Part shown: positions 47,533 to 55,980 of the stretch, one piece after another
Layout of the letters: each line of letters starts with the position of its first letter
How positions within the stretch are numbered: position 1 is the first letter of the stretch
From: a virus
Lineage: Duplodnaviria; Heunggongvirae; Uroviricota; Caudoviricetes
DNA: 64,000 nucleotides
Direction: 5' to 3' (one strand)
IMG/VR virus record: IMGVR_UViG_3300008262_003982
The notes under the pieces: model-generated
What the model was told of the DNA's origin: nothing
Database searches by the model: none
The model's input: only the letters and a program-made list of their open reading frames with translations
Program-made: the position numbers and the translations under genes

Positions 47533-48504
47533 CTATTCAATGTCAATTTGGCAAAAACTGTTTTTGCCGCCAAATCCAAAATTGGCCTTGAGTATGCGTT
47601 TGCCCGGAAACGGCACAGCATCTACGATGATCCTTGAATCTTTGACTATGAGATCACCAGCTAACACATTGGGTCTTAGGGTTTTTGCACGGTAATCGTC
47701 AAAACTCATGCACATTTCAATGGCGCCGCTGGCTGAGATACAGTGCCCTATGCGGCTTTTGTAGCTGACAATAGGTATGTCTTTGTGAACTAAAGAATTA
47801 AAAACATTGTACTCAAATTGATCTCCCACTGGAGTGCCTGTTGCATGTGCATTCCAAAAATCAATGGTGTCAAAATTGATGCCAGAAATATCTCTGGCCA
47901 ATTGGTGCGCATCACCTGGATTGGCTATGAGTGTGGGGTTGGTACGAAAGATATAATTGCTGATTGTGGCAAATGCACTCATGTTGAATTTTACACTTGG
48001 ATGTTTTATCAACATTGCAGCCATGCCTCTACCCATTCGAAATCCAGTACTGGTTGAGTCAAATGCTCTTCCTGAGGATTGATCCAATGCACCCATACTG
48101 GCAAATCGCCACATGTGAAGTTCGTCATCAACTAAATTATCAGCACAAAAAACAATCACTGGTAATTGGTGTTGCAAGCTCACCATGGATGCAGTGTACA
48201 AGGCATGCATGCTTCCACTGCATTCTGCTACCACATTCGTAACAAATCCGTTGAGATGCAATTTTGTTGCCACAAGACTGACCAAGGCGTCAATGGTACT
48301 GTTCCTAAGTTCAGTAGGACGTCCTCGTTTTTTATTGAGCTCAAAAAAGTCTCGGCTGGGTTTATTTGTTGGTATCAATCCTCCTTTGGAAGAAGTTACC
48401 ATTGGCCAGTGTGGCTGAACAATGTTTGCTAGACATGTGCTATCAACGAATTGTTCAATGTTCCAGTCGAGACTGTGGTGATAGGTTAAGATTTCAGTGA
48501 TCAT
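47533..48504 (-). CDS. beta-ketoacyl-(ACP) synthase-like condensing enzyme (KAS; thiolase fold)
   Basis: FWNAHATGTPVGD (the HGTGT-type His motif), C-terminal NFGFGGKNS (the GFGG motif), and a candidate active-site Cys in AECSGS. 323 aa, shorter than FabF. Confidence 0.65.
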   Translation of the reverse strand: MITEILTYHHSLDWNIEQFVDSTCLANIVQPHWPMVTSSKGGLIPTNKPSRDFFELNKKRGRPTELRNSTIDALVSLVATKLHLNGFVTNVVAECSGSMHALYTASMVSLQHQLPVIVFCADNLVDDELHMWRFASMGALDQSSGRAFDSTSTGFRMGRGMAAMLIKHPSVKFNMSAFATISNYIFRTNPTLIANPGDAHQLARDISGINFDTIDFWNAHATGTPVGDQFEYNVFNSLVHKDIPIVSYKSRIGHCISASGAIEMCMSFDDYRAKTLRPNVLAGDLIVKDSRIIVDAVPFPGKRILKANFGFGGKNSFCQIDIE

Positions 48505-48595
48505 GTGGGGTACTTATTTGCCCACTGTAACACGACTGCAGAAAACTGTTACAGACTATTTTGGATAGATAAACAACAAATTTATCCAAAACTGT

Positions 48596-48624
48596 TTGAC
48601 AACAAAAGACGTTTGTCTTACAAT
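48596..48624 (+). promoter_or_regulatory. promoter TTGACA-N17-TACAAT
   Basis: Sequence motif. Transcribes into the ORF-poor GC-rich region. Confidence 0.5.
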
Positions 48625-48625
48625 A

Positions 48626-49620
48626 GATACATAGGGCAGTTTATTGTCCTGTGCAGTATGGTTCGCCCAGCTGTACGAAGAATAACTGGGGTGACCCAGC
48701 CAAAGGATGTATGCCTACATAAGTCCGCCAGCAATGGTTCATGTAAACAAGCCTGCTCAGGTCCGTGAGGATCCGATCACTGATAAGACCGGTGGTTGTA
48801 ACAATGACGCTGGGAGTATAGGAAAGAGCTGTAACTTACCGGCCCGCAAGGGTAACCGGAGTTGCAGAAAAGTAACAGGTGGTGCTGACTTCTATACAAA
48901 ACCAGCCCAGTTAATTGGTATGAGAAAGGGTAGCGTATCGGTCCGAGGGGTTGCACCCAAGGGCTCGTATGCAGTTTGAGTGGTTGGTGGAGGTACGCGA
49001 AAGCCGAGACCCGACACTGATCGCAAAAGACGTCTGAGTAGTTCGCAAGACAAAAGGAACGTGGTGTGTTGTATTTTGTATTCCAAAAGAGTATGAAGCA
49101 ACTGAGTCAGCACATCGCAGTAGGTTGATATAGCTCATCGTAGAGCAATTCCCTGTTAAGGAATAGGCTGTGGCTTCAAAACCACTATCTAACATAAAAG
49201 CAAAGACTGACTCGGTCATGTGTGAAAAGTATCTAATGCTGTAGCCGCAAGGCAATACAGTCAGACGTAACTCGCAAGGTGAAATCTGTTTATACTGGAA
49301 GTTTCGTAACTGTTTAGCGACAGTGAATGGCTCTAAAGGTCAACGGGATAGATGGTGTAGAGTAGCATGTGATGACAAGACTACTGCCTGTCTTTAAAAA
49401 CGGCGATACTGGTAACAGACTGTGATACATAGCAATATGGTTGCAGTGGAAATCGGAAGAAAGCAGACTCGCAAGGTTTGTAATAATGTCCGAGGTGTTA
49501 CTGGGTTAGGATGTATTCTCAGTCCGCCACTTTATATACAAACGCACTCCGTACCCGTTGGTGGTTGCTCAATTCAATGAATTGTTCCCCAAGCATAGAG
49601 TGTGTTTCTATATAAATAAT
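48626..49620 (+). ncRNA. candidate large structured ncRNA (about 1 kb, GNRA tetraloop-rich)
   Basis: Sits downstream of the promoter at 48596. No credible ORF. Repeated cGCAAg/cGAAAg hairpins: CCCGCAAGGG, GCGAAAGC, GCCGCAAGGC and CTCGCAAGG, the last occurring twice. Confidence 0.4.
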
Positions 49621-49624
49621 TCAA

Positions 49625-49696
49625 TCGCGGGGTACGTCAGCGGTAGACCACCAGGCTCATAACCTGGGAGACGGAGGTTCGATTCCTTCCCCCGCA
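49625..49696 (+). tRNA. tRNA-fMet (initiator-like, CAT)
   Basis: C1·A72 mismatch (CGCGGGG/CCCCGCA), which is typical of bacterial initiators. Anticodon arm CCAGG-cuCAUaa-CCTGG. CCA encoded. Confidence 0.7.
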
Positions 49697-49735
49697 ACCA
49701 ATTCAGCCGAAAGGCTAAATAACTTTAACACAGTG

Positions 49736-49764
49736 GTTGACCTCAAAAGGTAAATACTGTACAA
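49736..49764 (+). promoter_or_regulatory. promoter TTGACC-N17-TACAAT
   Basis: Sequence motif. Confidence 0.5.
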
Positions 49765-49765
49765 T

Positions 49766-49946
49766 AGGACTTATGATGAAAACACAATATTGTTCACTGC
49801 TACCCAAGTTTGCCCAGACACCAGTTTGGTCACACGCCTATGGTCGCATGAATAGCATTCCAGGAGGCAGAGGGTCCTAAGTAGTATACAACCGTATCTT
49901 ACCCAAGGACCCAGGCGTAAAAACCCTGGGTTTTTTCATTTAGTGC
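49766..49946 (+). ncRNA. candidate small RNA (promoter-to-terminator unit, about 180 nt)
   Basis: Bounded by the promoter at 49736 and the terminator hairpin CCCAGG-CGTAAAAA-CCCTGGGTTTTTT at 49918..49946. Could alternatively encode a 35-aa peptide starting MMKTQYCS... Confidence 0.4.
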
Positions 49947-50118
49947 AACGGCAACGCGAGCCTGTATCACTCTAAACTACAAATGGGCGGCCTCGGGGAT
50001 GGCTTATGTTCTTGTACATAAAAAAATCCGAGCGTATTAAAACATTCTTTACAAACAGGCAGCCTAAGTAGTTTAGAATGTTTTAATACACACATTCGCA
50101 AGAGTGTGTTAAAATTAT

Positions 50119-50189
50119 GTCTCGGTGGTGTAATGGCAGCATGACGGTCTCCAAAACCGTTCGTGGGGGTTCGAGTCCCTCCCGGGATG
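50119..50189 (+). tRNA. tRNA-Trp (CCA)
   Basis: Anticodon arm ACGGT-cuCCAaa-ACCGT, T-arm GGGGGTTCGAGTCCCTC, acceptor GTCTCGG/CCGGGAT. Confidence 0.75.
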
Positions 50190-50198
50190 CCAAAATTT

Positions 50199-50270
50199 GG
50201 GCTGGTAGTGATAATGGGAGCACAGGGGCTTTGCAAGCCTTTAGTCGGGGTTCGATCCCCCGCCGGTCCA
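50199..50270 (+). tRNA. tRNA-Ala (TGC)
   Basis: Acceptor GGGCTGG/CCGGTCC, anticodon loop uuUGCaa, T-arm CGGGGTTCGATCCCCG. Confidence 0.75.
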
Positions 50271-50278
50271 CCAAATAT

Positions 50279-50368
50279 GGAGCAATTGATGCTATGGCGT
50301 GTGCATCGGCGGACTGTAAATCCGTCCCCTCGTGGTAAACATTCTTGGTTCGACTCCAAGTTGCTCCA
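50279..50368 (+). tRNA. tRNA-Tyr (GTA), type II
   Basis: Acceptor GGAGCAA/TTGCTCC, anticodon loop cuGUAaa, long variable arm, T-arm CTTGGTTCGACTCCAAG. Confidence 0.8.
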
Positions 50369-50411
50369 CCATATTTTTGTAGTAGGCTCGAGTGCCTACT
50401 AAGTAGATTAT

Positions 50412-50484
50412 TCCCTAGTAGCACAGCGGTAGTTGCACTTGACTGTTAATCAAGGTGTCCGTGGTTCGATCCCACGCTGGGGAG
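50412..50484 (+). tRNA. tRNA-Asn (GTT)
   Basis: Anticodon arm CTTGA-cuGUUaa-TCAAG, T-arm CGTGGTTCGATCCCACG. Confidence 0.8.
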
Positions 50485-50492
50485 CCAAGTCA

Positions 50493-50579
50493 GGAAGACG
50501 GGCAGGACGGTAATGCAGCAGATTGCTAATCTGTAGATTCTAGTAATAGGGTCATAGGGTTCGACTCCCTAGTCTTCCA
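50493..50579 (+). tRNA. tRNA-Ser (GCT), type II
   Basis: Acceptor GGAAGAC/GTCTTCC, anticodon loop uuGCUaa, long variable arm. Confidence 0.75.
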
Positions 50580-50588
50580 CCACAATTC

Positions 50589-50659
50589 GCCCTACTAGTA
50601 CAATGGTAGTACACTGGTTTTGTAATCCTGTGATGGCAGTTCGATTCTGTCGTGGGGCA
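50589..50659 (+). tRNA. tRNA-Thr (TGT) (anticodon stem with two mismatches)
   Basis: Acceptor GCCCTAC/GTGGGGC, D-arm GTAC/GTAC, loop uuUGUaa, T-arm GGCAGTTCGATTCTGTC. Confidence 0.55.
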
Positions 50660-50873
50660 CCAAGTTTTGAGAGTGTCAGCAAGAGAAAGACACGCTAGGA
50701 AGATTCTTCGAAGGTCAACCTAGTGTAAAGCACGGGCGGCGTGATTCCGTACACAACTAAGTAATCAATCTGTGTGTTAAGTATTCCAAGTGACGTATCA
50801 CCCTCCCGGCCGGCTTTATTACACGGGTCAATGGTAGCAATAACAGTGATGCTACTACTCTCAAATTCAATAC

Positions 50874-50948
50874 ACCACCTTAGCTCATTTGGATTAGAGC
50901 ACTGTGCTACGAACGCAGGGGCGGGGAGTTCGAATCTCTCAGGTGGTA
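50874..50948 (+). tRNA. tRNA-Arg (ACG)
   Basis: Acceptor ACCACCT/AGGTGGT, anticodon loop cuACGaa, T-arm GGGAGTTCGAATCTCTC. Confidence 0.75.
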
Positions 50949-50991
50949 CCAACACATAGCCATACTCTCCCTTGACGAGTTAGGTCCCTGG

Positions 50992-52116
50992 CTATTGTAT
51001 AACTTCTTGCGCTAAATTTTCTAGCACACCAAACACTGAGTTGATTGTGTGTTGTGTGATGTTGCGCAGTCGAATCAGCTGGCTTGTTCGAGACACAAAC
51101 TGTTCTCGTTGAGCAGGTGAGTGCTGTATTGTTTCTAGCATACTACATGTATCAGTCATTAACTGTTTTTGTGTTTTGGTAAGTTTTGCAACTGTTAGTT
51201 GTTTTTGTATAACTGCAATCAACTGCTGACGTTCGAGAGTGGTAAGCACTTCTGACTGTAGCCAAACAGGATAAGATAAAGGGATCACATTAAATGGCAG
51301 TCGACGGACATTGGCGTATTCAAACAGTTCAATGATATTTTGCAAATTTAAAAATTGCAACACTGCCGACAAATGTATCTTTGCTCCGGGCAATGCCTGT
51401 TGTAGTGCAACAATGTTTGATTGCACAACTGACCATTGTGCCGGATAGCGTAAAAATTCAAATGTTGGCCCAGTACCGTCTACACTAACCATCACATCAA
51501 GGTCAGATATTTTTTGTAACCGCTCAAGATGTTTTTTGGTTAGTTGAGTGGCATTGGTAATAATTCGTGTTTTAAGATTTTTTTCAATAACCGCATCGAG
51601 CAATTCAATATTGTGTTTGGTTACAAAAAATTCGCCGCCAATAAAACCTATTGATTTAAGGTCTGGCAACTGTTTAATAACTTCAAGTGCATGATCTTCG
51701 TGATTGATCACTATTGATTGTTTAATCCATCCAAGTTTGGCATATTCCTGACCTGATTTGGTACTATGAGAAGGATTGCACGACAAGCAACTGAGATTAC
51801 ATGCGTTGCCAGGGAAAATTTCCAAGTCAACAATTTTAGTTTTGGTTTCATGCTCAAACACTTTAATATACTTGTTTCGGATACTAGGCAAGTTATTATC
51901 TTCGTCTACTTTGCATGCCTTGCATCCATCTGGCAATGATTCTTTTGTAAGCAAATGTTGCTGAAGAGACGCTAGTTCAGATGATTGCAAATAATCATTA
52001 ATCGTTGCGTACTGCTTGATAGGTTTGTAATTGCAACAAGGCCTAACAGTTGGATTGAGATCTTTATCAGTATACATATGAATACTAACAAATGGTTTTG
52101 GACAATATTTGTTCAT
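50992..52116 (-). CDS. radical SAM protein (additional N-terminal Cys cluster; function unknown)
   Basis: CNLSCLSC (CxxxCxxC) plus an N-terminal CPKPF...RPCC. 374 aa. Confidence 0.6.
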   Translation of the reverse strand: MNKYCPKPFVSIHMYTDKDLNPTVRPCCNYKPIKQYATINDYLQSSELASLQQHLLTKESLPDGCKACKVDEDNNLPSIRNKYIKVFEHETKTKIVDLEIFPGNACNLSCLSCNPSHSTKSGQEYAKLGWIKQSIVINHEDHALEVIKQLPDLKSIGFIGGEFFVTKHNIELLDAVIEKNLKTRIITNATQLTKKHLERLQKISDLDVMVSVDGTGPTFEFLRYPAQWSVVQSNIVALQQALPGAKIHLSAVLQFLNLQNIIELFEYANVRRLPFNVIPLSYPVWLQSEVLTTLERQQLIAVIQKQLTVAKLTKTQKQLMTDTCSMLETIQHSPAQREQFVSRTSQLIRLRNITQHTINSVFGVLENLAQEVIQ

Positions 52117-52177
52117 TCAAATACTTATTTTAAAAAGGAGAGTCTGTCATGAATAGTGACAAGAGTGACAAGATACC

Positions 52178-52249
52178 GGGGGTGTGGTGAAACGGTATCA
52201 CAGCAGACTTTTAATCTGCCAATTTCGGGTTCGAATCCCGGCGCCCCTA
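52178..52249 (+). tRNA. tRNA-Lys (TTT)
   Basis: Anticodon arm GCAGA-cuUUUaa-TCTGC, T-arm TCGGGTTCGAATCCCGG. Confidence 0.8.
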
Positions 52250-52340
52250 CCATATAAAAACACATTCAACTAATGACACGGGTGGTAGCCGTGTATCTTA
52301 GTGGGCTAACGAACTACTACGCCTGAGTGTGTTCCTATAT

Positions 52341-52412
52341 GGTGACGTTAGTTTAGTGGCAAAACCGCGGGTTGTGATTCCGCTGTCATGAGTTCGATTC
52401 TCATACGACACC
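52341..52412 (+). tRNA. tRNA-His (GTG) with encoded G-1
   Basis: The extra 5' G pairs with discriminator C. Anticodon arm GCGGG-uuGUGau-TCCGC. D-stem GTTT/AAAC. Confidence 0.75.
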
Positions 52413-52420
52413 CCAGACAT

Positions 52421-52509
52421 GCCCCTATAGTTTAATGGTAAAACGGCGGATTTATATCCCGTAAGCAACAGATAATTGGTTCATCTGGGTTCGACTCCCG
52501 GTGGGGGTA
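52421..52509 (+). tRNA. type-II tRNA, anticodon uncertain (possibly TAT)
   Basis: Acceptor GCCCCTA/TGGGGGT and T-arm CTGGGTTCGACTCCCGG are good. The anticodon arm is irregular. Confidence 0.4.
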
Positions 52510-52517
52510 CCAAACAT

Positions 52518-52589
52518 GGATGTATAGCATAATGGTAGTGCGCCTCCTTCATACGGAGTCAAGTGGTAGTTCGACTCTACTTACATCCA
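52518..52589 (+). tRNA. tRNA with CAT anticodon (elongator Met or Ile2/lysidine type)
   Basis: Acceptor GGATGTA/TACATCC, loop uuCAUac, T-arm GGTAGTTCGACTCTACT. Confidence 0.7.
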
Positions 52590-52604
52590 CCAAATAGTTT
52601 TTGT

Positions 52605-52675
52605 TCGGGTATAGTGTAATGGTAACACTACAGACTTTGACTCTGTCATTCTAGGTTCGAGCCCTAGTACCCGTG
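52605..52675 (+). tRNA. tRNA-Gln (TTG)
   Basis: Anticodon arm ACAGA-cuUUGac-TCTGT, D-stem GTGT/ACAC, T-arm CTAGGTTCGAGCCCTAG. U1·U72 mismatch. Confidence 0.7.
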
Positions 52676-52685
52676 CCAAGTTTTT

Positions 52686-52752
52686 GCCGTGTAGCTCAGA
52701 GGAAGAGCAATCGCTTGATAAGCGATAGGTCGACATTTCGAAACAAGCGGCT
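52686..52752 (+). tRNA. tRNA-Ile (GAT)-like with aberrant T-arm (possible pseudogene)
   Basis: Acceptor 5' strand, D-arm GCTC/GAGC and anticodon arm ATCGC-uuGAUaa-GCGAT are canonical. No pairable T-stem. Confidence 0.35.
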
Positions 52753-52794
52753 GTATTCTTAGCTGGTAGTATTTTGACAGCAATAGGATTTGTA

Positions 52795-52950
52795 GTGATT
52801 GTGGCGGCGGCTGTTGCTGTCAACAACATCATAAGTCGTTACTGGAAGCCTGTAAAAATTTTCACAGCAGACAGTTGGAATCTGGGCCACGGCACAAGAT
52901 TTGCTGAACCCCATGAACTTGACAAAAGTCAAGAACCCAAAGTAAAATAA
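52795..52950 (+). CDS. possible small hydrophobic peptide (about 52 aa, GTG start)
   Basis: An AGGA SD lies 6 nt upstream of the GTG. Hydrophobic N-terminal segment VIVAAAVAVNNII. Lies between tRNAs. Confidence 0.2.
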   Translation: MIVAAAVAVNNIISRYWKPVKIFTADSWNLGHGTRFAEPHELDKSQEPKVK

Positions 52951-52956
52951 AATACA

Positions 52957-53030
52957 CGGAGTATAGCACAGCCTGGTAGTGCGCCTGGTTTGGGACCAGG
53001 AGGTCCGAGGTTCGAACCCTCGTACTCCGA
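52957..53030 (+). tRNA. tRNA-Pro (TGG)
   Basis: Acceptor CGGAGTA/TACTCCG, anticodon arm CCTGG-uuUGGga-CCAGG. Confidence 0.8.
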
Positions 53031-53039
53031 CCAATAGAT

Positions 53040-53112
53040 GTAGGTGTGTGCCGAATGGCTAGGCGCCGGATTGCAAATCCGTATAATGCAGGTTCGAGTC
53101 CTGTCACCTACT
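53040..53112 (+). tRNA. tRNA-Cys (GCA)
   Basis: Acceptor GTAGGTG/CACCTAC, loop uuGCAaa. Confidence 0.7.
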
Positions 53113-53309
53113 CCAAGTTTAGAAAAGATGTGTGAAAAACTCATTGACTATGGGCCCAACTGCTAGGGACCTTAACGTTATCCAGGTGCCGCTGGGATTA
53201 AGTTCCAGACTGCTAGTCACAGTCGAACCATGTGCCAGGAAGGATGTGAGCTACCCGAAAGGATGTTCAGTACCTTTAAACGCAAAGCAGTATCTTTTTT
53301 AATTTTTTA

Positions 53310-53397
53310 GGAAGTGTGGCAGAGTTGGTTGATTGCAGCAGTCTTGAAAACTGCCGGCTCCGAAAGGGGTCCGTGAGTTCGAATCTCACCACTTCCA
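53310..53397 (+). tRNA. tRNA-Ser (TGA), type II
   Basis: Acceptor GGAAGTG/CACTTCC, anticodon arm GCAGT-cuUGAaa-ACTGC, long variable arm. Confidence 0.8.
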
Positions 53398-53405
53398 CCA
53401 TATAC

Positions 53406-53477
53406 GGGTGATTAGCTCAGCGGTAGAGTCGCTGCCTTACACGCAGTTTGTCGGGAGTTCGATCCTCTCATCACCCA
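53406..53477 (+). tRNA. tRNA-Val (TAC)
   Basis: Acceptor GGGTGAT/ATCACCC, loop cuUACac. Confidence 0.7.
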
Positions 53478-53485
53478 CCATTCAT

Positions 53486-53558
<73 letters not shown>

Positions 53559-53562
53559 CCAG

Positions 53563-53766
53563 TTAGATTTTAGGTGTAAGATGTTTGATGCGTTGATTCA
53601 CCACATGCTCGACTGAATTGTCGTTGTAGGCCATAGCAGCCAGCAAGCCTGTTAGATATCCGCGCTCGTAGGCCAACTGTTGTTGTTTGGTCACAAACGT
53701 TTTGCCCAATGTTTCCATTGCAAGCAAACGCTCTATTTTTTTGATGGAGTCTTGTTTGGTTTGCAT
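53563..53766 (-). CDS. hypothetical small protein (67 aa)
   Basis: Minus-strand ATG at 53766. The longer listed ORF runs across a tRNA. Confidence 0.3.
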   Translation of the reverse strand: MQTKQDSIKKIERLLAMETLGKTFVTKQQQLAYERGYLTGLLAAMAYNDNSVEHVVNQRIKHLTPKI

Positions 53767-53777
53767 GATGTATTTAA

Positions 53778-53851
53778 GCCCCGGTGACGGAATTGGTATA
53801 CGTGTTGGTCTTAGAAGCCAAATTTTAGGAGTTCGAGTCTCCTCTGGGGCA
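53778..53851 (+). tRNA. tRNA with Leu anticodon TAG but short (type-I) variable loop
   Basis: 74 nt. Acceptor GCCCCGG/CTGGGGC, anticodon arm TTGGT-cuUAGaa-GCCAA, discriminator A. Paralogue of the tRNA at 55057. Confidence 0.6.
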
Positions 53852-53892
53852 CCAAATTTAATGTAGCTTGCACAGACTTTTAAATACACTGT

Positions 53893-54666
53893 ATGGCTAC
53901 AATTACTCAAATAGAACAGTACTGGGATCAACAACCTTGTAATATAAAGCATGGGTTGGCACCAGAAGGCACAGAAGAATTTTGGAACAACATCAATCGT
54001 CGTAGATGGTTTGTTGGGCCGCATTTGTGGCAGTTGGCCGACTTTGAAAACTGCAAGGGACGGCGGGTGCTAGAACTAGGATGCGGCATTGGATCTGATG
54101 CTGAACAATTTGTACGGCATGGTGCTGAATACGTTGGGATTGATCTTAGCAGTCGTAGCATAGAACTTTGTGAGCAGAGATTTACTGTTATGGGATTAGA
54201 TGCTGAATTCTATCACATGGACGCAGGCGACAGTCAGCGTGTTGCAGGGCTAGGACAATTTGATATGGTGTATGCTTGTGGTGTATTGCATCACTATCCC
54301 AATGTAGAACAAGTGGTCAGCAATGCTTACGCAAGTCTAGCATCTGATGGGGAGTTTCGTTTCCTAGTGTATGCTCGCAACAGTTGGAAATGGGCAATGA
54401 TTCAGTCTGGGCTGGACCAGTTTGAAGCGCAAGACAACTGCCCATATGCCAGAGTTTACAGTCAAGGAGAAATACAAAAACTGCTGGACGTACACTTTGA
54501 TATCAAAAGCATCAAGCAAGATTACTGTTTTATGTACAATGTAGAGCAGTACAAACAAGGAAATTATGTGTTGGAACCATGGTTTGCTGCCATGAGCGAT
54601 GCACAACGCCAGGCTGTCAATCAACAGCTAGGTTGGCATTTAAGCGTGATTGCCGCAAAGCAATAA
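53893..54666 (+). CDS. class I SAM-dependent methyltransferase
   Basis: Motif I VLELGCGIGSD. 257 aa. Confidence 0.6.
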   Translation: MATITQIEQYWDQQPCNIKHGLAPEGTEEFWNNINRRRWFVGPHLWQLADFENCKGRRVLELGCGIGSDAEQFVRHGAEYVGIDLSSRSIELCEQRFTVMGLDAEFYHMDAGDSQRVAGLGQFDMVYACGVLHHYPNVEQVVSNAYASLASDGEFRFLVYARNSWKWAMIQSGLDQFEAQDNCPYARVYSQGEIQKLLDVHFDIKSIKQDYCFMYNVEQYKQGNYVLEPWFAAMSDAQRQAVNQQLGWHLSVIAAKQ

Positions 54667-54685
54667 ATACAAAAAGGAGATTATT

Positions 54686-54985
54686 ATGGCTATAGTTGCT
54701 AAAACTGTGTTGGTGTATGCGTCTGTAGAAGATCGAGAAACAGCAAGAACTATTATCCCTTGGAGTAATTATTTACAAATTGTTGGAGACGGTGGGCATG
54801 ATGACTTTACTGTGGTTGGTACCGCAGGTCTCGACCCGTCAGAACTAGGTCCCACCCATTTAACTGTAACTCGAAAATGGGAAAACAAAAAAAATGCAGA
54901 AGACTTTGTTGAATGGATGACTGCACAACTTTCAACTTTTAGTGTTGTTCCTGTGTCATTTACTGTAGAAGATTATACAGAATAA
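54686..54985 (+). CDS. hypothetical protein
   Basis: ATG after an AAGGAG SD. 99 aa. Confidence 0.45.
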   Translation: MAIVAKTVLVYASVEDRETARTIIPWSNYLQIVGDGGHDDFTVVGTAGLDPSELGPTHLTVTRKWENKKNAEDFVEWMTAQLSTFSVVPVSFTVEDYTE

Positions 54986-55016
54986 CGCATGATCAGATTG
55001 TCTGACACAAGTTATA

Positions 55017-55050
55017 AAAACAGTAGGCCAGTCCTACTGTTTTTTTTTTT
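55017..55050 (+). terminator. rho-independent terminator
   Basis: ACAGTAGG-CCAGT-CCTACTGT followed by eleven T residues. Confidence 0.75.
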
Positions 55051-55056
55051 GCAAAT

Positions 55057-55130
55057 GCCCCGGTGACGGAACTGGAATACGTGTCTCTCTCAAAAGGAGA
55101 ATTCTGAGGGTTCGAATCCCTCCTGGGGTA
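55057..55130 (+). tRNA. tRNA with Leu anticodon CAA, type-I body (paralogue of 53778)
   Basis: The first 27 nt are almost identical to 53778. Anticodon arm TCTCT-cuCAAaa-GGAGA, discriminator A. Confidence 0.6.
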
Positions 55131-55156
55131 CCACTATCAATAAATATTTTTGAAAG

Positions 55157-55633
55157 TTGAAAATGAAAAAGCTCGATATAGCATCAGTAGCAGAATTTAT
55201 CCAGAAACAAACGCCCGAAACTCGCATCTACCTTGGCTGCGACTCTGAACGAATCAAAATTGACGGTACCTGGTATGCCGACTATGTGTTGGCCATTGTG
55301 GTACACATCAACGGCAACAACGGCTGCAAACTGTTTGGCGAAGTTCAACGCGAGCGTGTGTGGGACGTGAAACCAGGCAAACCTGCCATGCGTTTGATGA
55401 CCGAAGTGTACAAGGTTTCAGAACTGTATTTGAAACTGGCTGACGTACTAGAAGGCCGTCAAGTTGAAGTTCACTTGGACATCAACCCAGACGAACAATA
55501 CGGTTCAAGTTGTGTGATCTCGCAAGCTGTGGGCTACATCAAAGGAACATGCAATGTGATTCCGTTTGTGAAGCCAGAAGCATTTGCAGCATCATACGCG
55601 GCAGATAGATTTAAGAGTTTACGAGCTGCCTAA
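55157..55633 (+). CDS. hypothetical protein
   Basis: 158 aa ORF. Confidence 0.45.
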   Translation: MKMKKLDIASVAEFIQKQTPETRIYLGCDSERIKIDGTWYADYVLAIVVHINGNNGCKLFGEVQRERVWDVKPGKPAMRLMTEVYKVSELYLKLADVLEGRQVEVHLDINPDEQYGSSCVISQAVGYIKGTCNVIPFVKPEAFAASYAADRFKSLRAA

Positions 55634-55646
55634 TAAGTAACGGAAT

Positions 55647-55717
55647 GCAGGATTAGTTTAGGGGTAAAATAGAACCTTGCCAAGGTCCAGTCACCAGTTC
55701 GATTCTGGTATCCTGCT
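55647..55717 (+). tRNA. tRNA-Gly (GCC)
   Basis: Acceptor GCAGGAT/ATCCTGC, loop uuGCCaa, T-arm ACCAGTTCGATTCTGGT. Confidence 0.65.
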
Positions 55718-55724
55718 CCACTTA

Positions 55725-55795
55725 GCTCTCATAGTATAAAGGCATTACACTACATTGGTAATGTAGAAACACTGGATCGTTACCAGTTGGGAGCA
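55725..55795 (+). tRNA. tRNA-Thr (GGT)
   Basis: Anticodon arm CTACA-uuGGUaa-TGTAG. T-loop is the unusual ATCGTTA. Confidence 0.65.
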
Positions 55796-55803
55796 CCAAT
55801 TCT

Positions 55804-55875
55804 CGGCCCTTGGTGAAATGGATATCATGCTTGTCTTCGAAACAAGCGGTGGGAGTTCGATCCTCTCAGGGCCGG
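55804..55875 (+). tRNA. tRNA-Arg (TCG)
   Basis: Acceptor CGGCCCT/AGGGCCG, anticodon arm CTTGT-cuUCGaa-ACAAG. Confidence 0.75.
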
Positions 55876-55924
55876 CCAATAAAAAACCTCAAACTCCGTC
55901 ATAGAAAAATACAATAGCAAAATG

Positions 55925-55955
55925 CCTTGACTTAGGTATGTTCTATACTATATAC
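55925..55955 (+). promoter_or_regulatory. promoter TTGACT-N16/18-TATATA/TATACT
   Basis: Sequence motif upstream of the rubrerythrin gene, followed by an AGGAGG SD. Confidence 0.45.
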
Positions 55956-55980
55956 TAGTGATGTCACTATAGGAGGAAAC

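Noticed and set aside
48505-48979. ORFs 48505..48768 and 48707..48979 in the GC-rich region
   Set aside because: The predicted proteins are low-complexity basic sequences, there is no SD, and the region is full of GNRA hairpins. Interpreted as a structured RNA rather than coding sequence.
52421-52509. Assigning tRNA-Ile(TAT) or selenocysteine tRNA to the 89-nt type-II tRNA
   Set aside because: The anticodon stem does not pair cleanly in any register. No 8/5 or 9/4 acceptor/T-stem geometry and no UCA anticodon for Sec. The anticodon is left open.
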